A stretch of 64,000 nucleotides of DNA, from assembly GCA_964057225.1 (NCBI GenBank), contig OZ059899.1, positions 9,176,001 to 9,240,000 of the forward strand, written 5' to 3'. The DNA comes from Auanema rhodensis. Its lineage: Eukaryota > Animalia > Nematoda. The number at the start of each line of letters is the position of its first letter. Positions within the stretch are counted from its first letter, which is position 1. The notes beneath the pieces are model-generated. The model was not told the DNA's origin. It made no database searches and saw only the letters and a list, made by a program, of their open reading frames with translations. The position numbers were made by a program, and so were the translations under genes. Below are positions 52,521-64,000 of the stretch, piece by piece.

Positions 52521-54696
52521 TAAATTTTTTTTATTTCACTTGTCATTCATAAAAATCGAATTTATTTTTTTCAATGATTTTTTTTTGCAATGTGTCATAA
52601 GAATTACACAGTTGAACAAAACGTTTTTTAAGAATTTTCTTTGTTGTCAACATATATATTTTCCTGGAATTCGAAAGCATTTGGGATGGAAATTAGAAAG
52701 AAAAGAACTAGTTTTTCCTACTTTAAAACAAACAATAAGAAATAAAATGAAAAAGATTGTTAGATATCCAATTTAAACTTATACATTTACTTCGATAAAG
52801 AGCCTATTAGTTTGAAATTTTATGTCTTACAGTTCTCCAACAGAACAGACTGATCCTGATTTTTCTACGATTACATAAAACTCTCGTTTGATATAAAAAA
52901 AGGAGAGGAATAACGTTTCCAGGATGTCAAGGATATCGAATCTAGTGATATTGTAGAAAAATGTAATGTCAGCTCCATAGGTTTTCTCCTAATTTCTCTC
53001 ATCACAATTGTCTTAGTTTTTTTTCTCATAAGAGTTTCTGAAATCTTAGGTGAACAAGGCCGTATAAAATTTCCTGGAATTCGAAAGCATTTGGGATGGA
53101 ATTTAGAAAGAAAAGAACTAGTTTTTCCTACTTTAAAACAAACAATAAGAAATAAAATGAAAAAGATTGTTAGATATCCAATTTAAACTTATACATTTAC
53201 TTCGATAAAGAGCCTATTAGTTTGAAATTTTATGTCTTACAGTTCTCCAACAGAACAGACTGATCCTGATTTTTCTACGATTACATAAAACTCTCGTTTG
53301 ATATAAAAAAAGGAGAGGAATAACGTTTCCAGGATGTCAAGGATATCGAATCTAGTGATATTGTAGAGAAATGTAATGTCAGCTTCATAGTTTTTCCCTT
53401 GATTTCTCTCATCAGAATTGTCTTAGTTTTTTCCTCATAAGAGTTTCTGAAATCTCAGTTAAACAAGGCCGTATATAATTTCCTGGAATTCGAAAGCATT
53501 TGGGATGGAATTTAGAAAAAAAAGAACTAGTTTTTCCTACTTTAAAACAAACAATAAGAAATAAAATGAAAAAGATTGTTAGATATCCAATTTAAACTTA
53601 TACATTTACTTCGATAAAGAGCCTATTAGTTTGAAATTTTATGTCTTACAGTTCTCCAACAGAACAGACTGATCCTGATTTTTCTACGATTACATAAAAC
53701 TCTCGTTTGATATAAAAAAAGGAGAGGAATAACGTTTCCAGGATGTCAAGGATATCGAATCTAGTGATATTGTAGAAAAATGTAATGTCAGCTCCATAGG
53801 TTTTCTCCTAATTTCTCTCATCACAATTGTCTTAGTTTTTTTTCTCATAAGAGTTTCTGAAATCTTAGGTGAACAAGGCCGTATAAAATTTCCTGGAATT
53901 CGAAAGCATTTGGGATGGAATTTAGAAAAAAAAGAACTAGTTTTTCCTACTTTAAAACAAACAATAAGAAATAAAATGAAAAAGATTGTTAGATATCCAA
54001 TTTAAACTTATACATTTACTTCGATAAAGAGCCTATTAGTTTGAAATTTTATGTCTTACAGTTCTCCAACAGAACAGACTGATCCTGATTTTTCTACGAT
54101 TACATAAAACTCTCGTTTGATATAAAAAAAGGAGAGGAATAACGTTTCCAGGATGTCAAGGATATCGAATCTAGTGATATTGTAGAAAAATGTAATGTCA
54201 GCTCCATAGGTTTTCTCCTAATTTCTCTCATCACAATTGTCTTAGTTTTTTTTCTCATAAGAGTTTCTGAAATCTTAGGTGAACAAGGCCGTATAAAATT
54301 TCCTGGAATTCGAAAGCATTTGGGATGGAATTTAGAAAGAAAAGAACTAGTTTTTCCTACTTTAAAACAAACAATAAGAAATAAAATGAAAAAGATTGTT
54401 AGATATCCAATTTAAACTTATACATTTACTTCGATAAAGAGCCTATTAGTTTGAAATTTTATGTCTTACAGTTCTCCAACAGAACAGACTGATCCTGATT
54501 TTTCTACGATTACATAAAACTCTCGTTTGATATAAAAAAAGGAGAGGAATAACGTTTCCAGGATGTCAAGGATATCGAATCTAGTGATATTGTAGAAAAA
54601 TGTAAAGTCAGCTCCATAGGTTTTCTCCTAATTTCTCTCATCACAATTGTCTTAGTTTTTTTCCTCATAAGAGTTTCTGAAATCTTAGTTGAACAA

Positions 54697-54769
54697 GGCC
54701 GCGTGGCGCAATGGATAACGCGTCTGCCTACGGAGCAGAAGATTGTAGTTTCGAATCCTGCCGTGGTTG
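54697..54769 (+). pseudogene. tRNA-Arg(ACG) probable pseudogene G53T, C72T
   Basis: GTAGTTTCGAAT…CGTGGTTG. Confidence 0.68.
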
Positions 54770-55304
54770 TAAATTTTTTTTATTTCACTTGTCATTCATA
54801 AAAATCGAATTTATTTTTTTCAATGATTTTTTTTGCAATGTGTCATAAGAATTACACAGTTGAACAAAACGTTTTTTAAGAATTTTCTTTGTTGTCAACA
54901 TATATATTTTCCTGGAATTCGAAAGCATTTGGGATGGAAATTAGAAAGAAAAGAACTAGTTTTTCCTACTTTAAAAGAAACAATAAGAAATAAAATGAAA
55001 AAGATTGTTAGATATCCAATTTAAACTTATACATTTACTTCGATAAACAGCCTATTAGATTGAAATTTTATGTCTTACAGTTCTCCAACAGAACAGACTG
55101 ATCCTGATTTCTCTATGATTACATAAAACTCCCGTTTGATATAAAAAAAGGAGAGGAATAACGTTTCCAGGATGTCAAGGATATCGAATCTAGTGATATT
55201 ATAGAGAAATGTAATGTCAGCTTCATAGCTTTTCTCTTGATTTCTCTCATCACAATTGTCTTAGTTTTTTTCTCATAAGAGTTTCTGAAATCTCAGTTAA
55301 ACAA

Positions 55305-55377
55305 GGCCGCGTGGCGCAATGGATAACGCGTCTGCCTACGGAGCAGAAGATTGTAGGTTCGAATCCTGCCGTGGTCG
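55305..55377 (+). tRNA. tRNA-Arg(ACG), consensus
   Basis: Identical to consensus. Confidence 0.95.
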
Positions 55378-57094
55378 TAAATTTTTTTTATTTCACTTGT
55401 CATTCATAAAAATCGAATTTATTTTTTTCAACGACTATTTTTGCAATGTGTCATAAGAATTTCACAGTTTAACAAAATGTTTTTTAAGAAGTTTTTTTGT
55501 TGTCAACATATATATTTTGCTGGAATTCGAAAGCACTTGGGATGGAAATTAGAAAGAAAAGAACTAGTTTTTCCTACTTTAAAACAAACAATAAGAAATA
55601 AAATGAAAAAGATTGTTAGATATCCAATTTAAACTTATACATTTACTTCGATAAAGAGCCTATTAGATTGAAATTTTATGTCTTACAGTTCTCCAACAGA
55701 ACAGACTGATCCTGATTTCTCTATGATTACATAAAACGATATCGAATCTAGTGATATTGTAGAGAAATGTAATGTCAGCTTCATAGCTTTTCTCTTGATT
55801 TCTCTAATCACAATTGTCTTAGTTTTTTTCTCATAAGAGTTTCTGAAATCTCAGTTAAACAAGGCCGTATATAATTTCCTGGAATTCGAAAGCACTTGGG
55901 ATGGAAATTAGAAAGAAAAGAACTAGTTTTTCCTACTTTAAAACAAACAATAAGAAATAAAATGAAAAAGATTGTTAGATATCCAATTTAAACTTATACA
56001 TTTTCTTCGATAAAGAGCCTATTAGATTGAAATTTTATGTCTTACAGTTCTCCAACAGAACAGACTGATCCTGATTTTTCTACGATTACATAAAACTCTC
56101 GTTTGATATAAAAAAAGGAGAGGAATAACGTTTCCAGGATGTCAAGGATATCGAATCTAGTGATATTGTAGAAAAATGTAATGTCAGCTCCATAGGTTTT
56201 CTCCTAACTTCTCTCATCACAATTGTTTTAGTTTTTTTTCTCATAAGAGTTTCTGAAATCTTAGGTGAACAAGGCCGTATATAATTTCCTGGAATTCGAA
56301 AGCATTTGGGATGGAATTTAGAAAAAAAAGAACTAGTTTTTCCTACTTTAAAACAAACAATAAGAAATAAAATGAAAAAGATTGTTAGATATCCAATTTA
56401 AACTTACACATTTACTTCGATAAAGAGCCTATTAGTTTGAAATTTTATGTCTTACAGTTCTCCAACAGAACAGACTGATCCTGATTTTTCTACGATTACA
56501 TAAAACTCTCGTTTGATATAAAAAAAGGAGAGGAATAACGTTTCCAGGATGTCAAGGATATCGAATCTAGTGATATTGTAGAAAAATGTAATGTCAGCTC
56601 CATAGGTTTTCTCCTAATTTCTCTCATCACAATTGTCTTAGTTTTTTTTTCTCATAAGAGTTTCTGAAATCTTAGGTGAACAAGGCCGTATATAATTTCC
56701 TGGAATTCGAAAGCATTTGGGATGGAATTTAGAAAAAAAAGAACTAGTTTTTCCTACTTTAAAACAAACAATAAGAAATAAAATGAAAAAGATTGTTAGA
56801 TATCCAATTTAAACTTACACATTTACTTCGATAAAGAGCCTATTAGTTTGAAATTTTATGTCTTACAGTTCTCCAACAGAACAGACTGATCCTGATTTTT
56901 CTACGATTACATAAAACTCTCGTTTGATATAAAAAAAGGAGAGGAATAACGTTTCCAGGATGTCAAGGATATCGAATCTAGTGATATTGTAGAAAAATGT
57001 AATGTCAGCTCCATAGGTTTTCTCCTAATTTCTCTCATCACAATTGTCTTAGTTTTTTTTTCTCATAAGAGTTTCTGAAATCTTAGTTGAACAA

Positions 57095-57167
57095 GGCCGC
57101 GTGGCGCAATGGATAACGCGTCGGCCTACGGAGCAGAAGATTGTAGGTTCGAATCCTGCCGTGGTCG
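57095..57167 (+). tRNA. tRNA-Arg(ACG) variant T29G
   Basis: As 49788. Confidence 0.8.
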
Positions 57168-58474
57168 TAAATTTTTTTTATTTCACTTGTCATTCATAAA
57201 AATCGAATTTATTTTTTTCAATGATTTTTTTTTGCAATGTGTCATAAGAATTACACAGTTGAACAAAACGTTTTTTAAGAATTTTCTTTGTTGTCAACAT
57301 ATATATTTTCCTGGAATTCGAAAGCATTTGGGATGGAAATTAGAAAGAAAAGAACTAGTTTTTCCTACTTTAAAACAAACAATAAGAAATAAAATGAAAA
57401 AGATTGTTAGATATCCAATTTAAACTTATACATTTACTTCGATAAAGAGCCTATTAGATTGAAATTTTATGTCTTACAGTTCTCCAACAGAACAGACTGA
57501 TCCTGATTTCTCTATGATTACATAAAACGATATCGAATCTAGTGATATTGTAGAGAAATGTAATGTCAGCTTCATAGTTTTTCCCTTGATTTCTCTCATC
57601 AGAATTGTCTTAGTTTTTTTCTCATAAGAGTTTCTGAAATCTCAGTTAAACAAGGCCGTATATAATTTCCTGGAATTCGAAAGCATTTGGGATGGAATTT
57701 AGAAAAAAAAGAACTAGTTTTTCCTACTTTAAAACAAACAATAAGAAATAAAATGAAAAAGATTGTTAGATATCCAATCTAAACTTATACATTTACTTCG
57801 ATAAAGAGCCTATTAGATTGAAATTTTATGTCTTACAGTTCTCCAACAGAACAGACTGATCCTGATTTTTCTACGATTACATAAAACTCTCGTTTGATAT
57901 AAAAAAAGGAGAGGAATAACGTTTCCAGGATGTCAAGGATATCGAATCTAGTGATATTGTAGAAAAATGTAATGTCAGCTCCATAGGTTTTCTCCTAACT
58001 TCTCTCATCACAATTGTTTTAGTTTTTTTTCTCATAAGAGTTTCTGAAATCTTAGGTGAACAAGGCCGTATATAATTTCCTGGAATTCGAAAGCATTTGG
58101 GATGGAATTTAGAAAAAAAAGAACTAGTTTTTCCTACTTTAAAACAAACAATAAGAAATAAAATGAAAAAGATTGTTAGATATCCAATTTAAACTTATAC
58201 ATTTACTTCGATAAAGAGCCTATTAGTTTGAAATTTTATGTCTTACAGTTCTCCAACAGAACAGACTGATCCTGATTTTTCTACGATTACATAAAACTCT
58301 CGTTTGATATAAAAAAAGGAGAGGAATAACGTTTCCAGGATGTCAAGGATATCGAATCTAGTGATATTGTAGAAAAATGTAATGTCAGCTCCATAGGTTT
58401 TCTCCTAATTTCTCTCATCACAATTGTCTTAGTTTTTTTTTCTCATAAGAGTTTCTGAAATCTTAGTTGAACAA

Positions 58475-58547
58475 GGCCGCGTGGCGCAATGGATAACGCG
58501 TCGGCCTACGGAGCAGAAGATTGTAGGTTCGAATCCTGCCGTGGTCG
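58475..58547 (+). tRNA. tRNA-Arg(ACG) variant T29G
   Basis: As 49788. Confidence 0.8.
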
Positions 58548-59495
58548 TAAATTTTTTTTATTTCACTTGTCATTCATAAAAATCGAATTTATTTTTTTCA
58601 ATGATTTTTTTTTGCAATGTGTCATAAGAATTACACAGTTGAACAAAACGTTTTTTAAGATTTTTCTTTGTTGTCAACATATATATTTTCCTGGAATTCG
58701 AAAGCATTTGGGATGGAATTTAGAAAAAAAAGAACTAGTTTTTCCTACTTTAAAACAAACAATAAGAAATAAAATGAAAAAGATTGTTAGATATCCAATT
58801 TAAACTTATACATTTACTTCGATAAAGAGCCTATTAGATTGAAATTTTATGTCTTACAGTTCTCCAACAGAACAGACTGATCCTGATTTTTCTACGATTA
58901 CATAAAACTCTCGTTTGATATAAAAAAAGGAGAGGAATAAAGTTTCCAGGATGTCAAGGATATCGAATCTAGTGATATTGTAGAAAAATGTAATGTCAGC
59001 TCCATAGGTTTTCTCCTAACTTCTCTCATCACAATTGTTTTAGTTTTTTTTCTCATAAGAGTTTCTGAAATTTTAGGCGAACAAGGCCGTATATAATTTC
59101 CTGGAATTCGAAAGCATTTGGGATGGAATTTAGAAAAAAAAGAACTAGTTTTTCCTACTTTAAAACAAACAATAAGAAATAAAATGAAAAAGATTGTTAG
59201 ATATCCAATTTAAACTTATACATTTACTTCGATAAAGAGCCTATTAGTTTGAAATTTTATGTCTTACAGTTCTCCAACAGAACAGACTGATCCTGATTTT
59301 TCTACGATTACATAAAACTCTCGTTTGATATAAAAAAAGGAGAGGAATAACGTTTCCAGGATGTCAAGGATATCGAATCTAGTGATATTGTAGAAAAATG
59401 TAATGTCAGCTCCATAGGTTTTCTCCTAATTTCTCTCATCACAATTGTCTTAGTTTTTTTTTCTCATAAGAGTTTCTGAAATCTTAGTTGAACAA

Positions 59496-59568
59496 GGCCG
59501 CGTGGCGCAATGGATAACGCGTCTGCCTACGGAGCAGAAGATTGTAGGTTCGAATCCTGCCGTGGTCG
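59496..59568 (+). tRNA. tRNA-Arg(ACG), consensus
   Basis: Identical to consensus. Confidence 0.95.
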
Positions 59569-60875
59569 TAAATTTTTTTTATTTCACTTGTCATTCATAA
59601 AAATCGAATTTATTTTTTTCAATGATTTTTTTTTGCAATGTTTCATAAGAATTACACAGTTGAACAAAACGTTTTTTAAGAATTTTCTTTGTTGTCAACA
59701 TATATATTTTCCTGGAATTCGAAAGCATTTGGGATGGAAATTAGAAAGAAAAGAACTAGTTTTTCCTACTTTAAAACAAACAATAAGAAATAAAATGAAA
59801 AAGATTGTTAGATATCCAATTTAAACTTATACATTTACTTCGATAAAGAGCCTATTAGATTGAAATTTTATGTCTTACAGTTCTCCAACAGAACAGACTG
59901 ATCCTGATTTCTCTATGATTACATAAAACGATATCGAATCTAGTGATATTGTAAAGAAATGTAATGTCAGCTTCATAGTTTTTCTCTTGATTTCTCTCAT
60001 CAGAATTGTCTTAGTTTTTTTCTCATAAGAGTTTCTGAAATCTCAGTTAAACAAGGCCGTATATAATTTCCTGGAATTCGAAAGCATTTGGGATGGAATT
60101 TAGAAAAAAAAGAACTAGTTTTTCCTACTTTAAAACAAACAATAAGAAATAAAATGAAAAAGATTGTTAGATATCCAATTTAAACTTATACATTTACTTC
60201 GATAAAGAGCCTATTAGATTGAAATTTTATGTCTTACAGTTCTCCAACAGAACAGACTGATCCTGATTTTTCTACGATTACATAAAACTCTCGTTTGATA
60301 TAAAAAAAGGAGAGGAATAACGTTTCCAGGATGTCAAGGATATCGAATCTAGTGATATTGTAGAAAAATGTAATGTCAGCTCCATAGGTTTTCTCCTAAC
60401 TTCTCTCATCACAATTGTTTTAGTTTTTTTTCTCATAAGAGTTTCTGAAATCTGAGGCGAACAAGGCCGTATATAATTTCCTGGAATTCGAAAGCATTTG
60501 GGATGGAATTTAGAAAAAAAAGAACTAGTTTTTCCTACTTTAAAACAAACAATAAGAAATAAAATGAAAAAGATTGTTAGATATCCAATTTAAACTTATA
60601 CATTTACTTCGATAAAGAGCCTATTAGTTTGAAATTTTATGTCTTACAGTTCTCCAACAGAACAGACTGATCCTGATTTTTCTACGATTACATAAAACTC
60701 TCGTTTGATATAAAAAAAGGAGAGGAATAACGTTTCCAGGATGTCAAGGATATCGAATCTAGTGATATTGTAGAAAAATGTAATGTCAGCTCCATAGGTT
60801 TTCTCCTAATTTCTCTCATCACAATTGTCTTAGTTTTTTTTTCTCATAAGAGTTTCTGAAATCTTAGTTGAACAA

Positions 60876-60948
60876 GGCCGCGTGGCGCAATGGATAACGC
60901 GTCTGCCTACGGAGCAGAAGATTGTAGGTTCGAATCCTGCCGTGGTCG
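60876..60948 (+). tRNA. tRNA-Arg(ACG), consensus
   Basis: Identical to consensus. Confidence 0.95.
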
Positions 60949-62254
60949 TAAATTTTTTTTATTTCACTTGTCATTCATAAAAATCGAATTTATTTTTTTC
61001 AATGATTTTTTTTTGCAATGTTTCATAAGAATTACACAGTTGAACAAAACGTTTTTTAAGAATTTTCTTTGTTGTCAACATATATATTTTCCTGGAATTC
61101 GAAAGCATTTGGGATGAAAATTAGAAAGAAAAGAACTAGTTTTTCCTACTTTAAAACAAACAATAAGAAATAAAATGAAAAAGATTGTTAGATATCCAAT
61201 TTAAACTTATACATTTACTTCGATAAAGAGCCTATTAGATTGAAATATTATGTCTTACAGTTCTCCAACAGAACAGACTGATCCTGATTTCTCTATGATT
61301 ACATAAAACAATATCGAATCTAGTGATATTGTAGAGAAATGTAATGTCAGCTTCATAGCTTTTCTCTTGATTTCTCTCATCACAATTGTCTTAGTTTTTT
61401 TCTCATAAGAGTTTCTGAAATCTCAGTTAAACAAGGCCGTATATAATTTCCTGGAATTCGAAAGCATTTGGGATGGAATTTAGAAAAAAAAGAACTAGTT
61501 TTTCCTACTTTAAAACAAACAATAAGAAATAAAATGAAAAAGATTGTTAGATATCCAATTTAAACTTATACATTTACTTCGATAAAGAGCCTATTAGATT
61601 GAAATTTTATGTCTTACAGTTCTCCAACAGAACAGACTGATCCTGATTTTTCTACGATTACATAAAACTCTCGTTTGATATAAAAAAAGGAGAGGAATAA
61701 CGTTTCCAGGATGTCAAGGATATCGAATCTAGTGATATTGTAGAAAAATGTAATGTCAGCTCCATAGGTTTTCTCCTAACTTCTCTCATCACAATTGTTT
61801 TAGTTTTTTTTCTCATAAGAGTTTCTGAAATCTTAGGCGAACAAGGCCGTATATAATTTCCTGGAATTCGAAAGCATTTGGGATGGAATTTAGAAAAAAA
61901 AGAACTAGTTTTTCCTACTTTAAAACAAACAATAAGAAATAAAATGAAAAAGATTGTTAGATATCCAATTTAAACTTATACATTTACTTCGATAAAGAGC
62001 CTATTAGTTTGAAATTTTATGTCTTACAGTTCTCCAACAGAACAGACTGATCCTGATTTTTCTACGATTACATAAAACTCTCGTTTGATATAAAAAAAGG
62101 AGAGGAATAACGTTTCCAGGATGTCAAGGATATCGAATCTAGTGATATTGTAGAAAAATGTAATGTCAGCTCCATAGGTTTTCTCCTAATTTCTCTCATC
62201 ACAATTGTCTTAGTTTTTTTCCTCATAAGAGTTTCTGAAATCTTAGTTGAACAA

Positions 62255-62327
62255 GGCCGCGTGGCGCAATGGATAACGCGTCTGCCTACGGAGCAGAAGA
62301 TTGTAGGTTCGAATCCTGCCGTGGTCG
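62255..62327 (+). tRNA. tRNA-Arg(ACG), consensus
   Basis: Identical to consensus. Confidence 0.95.
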
Positions 62328-63633
62328 TAAATTTTTTTTATTTCACTTGTCATTCATAAAAATCGAATTTATTTTTTTCAATGATTTTTTTTGCAATGTT
62401 TCATAAGAATTACACAGTTGAACAAAACGTTTTTTAAGAATTTTCTTTGTTGTCAACATATATATTTTCCTGGAATTCGAAAGCATTTGGGATGGAAATT
62501 AGAAAGAAAAGAACTAGTTTTTCCTACTTTAAAACAAACAATAAGAAATAAAATGAAAAAGATTGTTAGATATCCAATTTAAACTTATACATTTACTTCG
62601 ATAAAGAGCCTATTAGATTGAAATTTTATGTCTTACAGTTCTCCAACAGAACAGACTGATCCTGATTTCTCTATGATTACATAAAACAATATCGAATCTA
62701 GTGATATTGTAGAGAAATGTAATGTCAGCTTCATAGCTTTTCTCTTGATTTCTCTCATCACAATTGTCTTAGTTTTTTTCTCATAAGAGTTTCTGAAATC
62801 TCAGTTAAACAAGGCCGTATATAATTTCCTGGAATTCGAAAGCATTTGGGATGGAATTTAGAAAAAAAAGAACTAGTTTTTCCTACTTTAAAACAAACAA
62901 TAAGAAATAAAATGAAAAAGATTGTTAGATATCCAATTTAAACTTATACATTTACTTCGATAAAGAGCCTATTAGATTGAAATTTTATGTCTTACAGTTC
63001 TCCAACAGAACAGACTGATCTTGATTTTTGTACGATTACATAAAACTCTCGTTTGATATAAAAAAAGGAGAGGAATAACGTTTCCAGGATGTCAAGGATA
63101 TCGAATCTAGTGATATTGTAGAAAAATGTAATGTCAGCTCCATAGGTTTTCTCCTAACTTCTCTCATCACAATTGTTTTAGTTTTTTTTCTCATAAGAGT
63201 TTCTGAAATCTTAGGCGAACAAGGCCGTATATAATTTCCTGGAATTCGAAAGCATTTGGGATGGAATTTAGAAAAAAAAGAACTAGTTTTTCCTACTTTA
63301 AAACAAACAATAAGAAATAAAATGAAAAAGATTGTTAGATATCCAATTTAAACTTATACATTTACTTCGATAAAGAGCCTATTAGTTTGAAATTTTATGT
63401 CTTACAGTTCTCCAACAGAACAGACTGATCCTGATTTTTCTACGATTACATAAAACTCTCGTTTGATATAAAAAAAGGAGAGGAATAACGTTTCCAGGAT
63501 GTCAAGGATATCGAATCTAGTGATATTGTAGAAAAATGTAATGTCAGCTCCATAGGTTTTCTCCTAATTTCTCTCATCACAATTGTCTTAGTTTTTTTTT
63601 CTCATAAGAGTTTCTGAAATCTTAGTTGAACAA

Positions 63634-63706
63634 GGCCGCGTGGCGCAATGGATAACGCGTCTGCCTACGGAGCAGAAGATTGTAGGTTCGAATCCTGCCG
63701 TGGTCG
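63634..63706 (+). tRNA. tRNA-Arg(ACG), consensus
   Basis: Identical to consensus. Confidence 0.95.
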
Positions 63707-64000
63707 TAAATTTTTTTTATTTCACTTGTCATTCATAAAAATCGAATTTATTTTTTTCAATGATTTTTTTTTGCAATGTTTCATAAGAATTACACAGTTG
63801 AACAAAACGTTTTTTAAGAATTTTCTTTGTTGTCAACATATATATTTTCCTGGAATTCGAAAGCATTTGGGATGGAATTTAGAAAAAAAAGAACTAGTTT
63901 TTCCTACTTTAAAACAAACAATAAGAAATAAAATGAAAAAGATTGTTAGATATCCAATTTAAACTTATACATTTACTTCGATAAAGAGCCTATTAGTTTG

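Larger units (their letters stand above)
59496..63633 (+). repeat. 3-monomer higher-order repeat, ~1380 bp (560+410+410), three copies here and another at 57095-58474
   Basis: tRNA spacing 1380, 1379, 1379; shared 50-bp spacer deletion. Confidence 0.9.
1..64000 (+). repeat. Tandem array of tRNA-Arg(ACG)-containing (~610/560 bp) and tRNA-deleted (~410 bp) monomers, about 125 units, extending past both window edges
   Basis: The same spacer (…TTCCTGGAATTCGAAAGCATTTGGGATGG…GAAATCTTAGGTGAACAAGGCCG) recurs every ~410 or ~610 bp throughout; no unique sequence seen. Confidence 0.99.

Noticed and set aside
484-63962. Recurrent 63-104 aa ORFs (MDNASAYGAEDCRFES…, MQCVIRISQ…, MRKKTKTIV…)
   Set aside because: They start inside or read through the tRNA gene and poly-T tracts, are frameshifted or stopped in many copies by homopolymer length changes, and show no recognisable domain
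1-64000. CRISPR array
   Set aside because: No unique spacers; the entire monomer is repeated
1-64000. 5S rRNA, spliced-leader RNA or telomeric repeats in the spacer
   Set aside because: No recognisable 5S sequence, SL1 leader or TTAGGC/TTAGGG tandem repeat seen on either strand

Overview
The whole 64-kb window is one AT-rich, head-to-tail tandem array of eukaryotic-type tRNA-Arg(ACG) genes, all on the + strand. I see no credible protein-coding gene; every ORF in the track is a by-product of the repeat. Manual reading gives about 125 monomers. 66 are 'full' units (~610 bp; ~560 bp in five units with a further 50-bp spacer deletion) carrying a 73-nt tRNA gene followed by an oligo-T Pol III terminator. 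59 are 'empty' units (~410 bp) in which the same 200-bp deletion removes all but the first 5 nt of the tRNA. Only about 15 of the 66 tRNA copies have an intact cloverleaf. The rest carry stem mismatches or A-/B-box lesions that were amplified in higher-order repeats (e.g. ~4.68 kb, ~1.02 kb and ~1.38 kb periods). Notable variants are five copies with anticodon ACT (Ser codon) on an Arg body and one copy with anticodon GCG. The array looks like a tRNA gene cluster turning into satellite DNA. From memory the tRNA closely resembles nematode tRNA-Arg(ACG), but this is unverified. Counts and coordinates were read by eye; tRNA positions use standard (Sprinzl) numbering.
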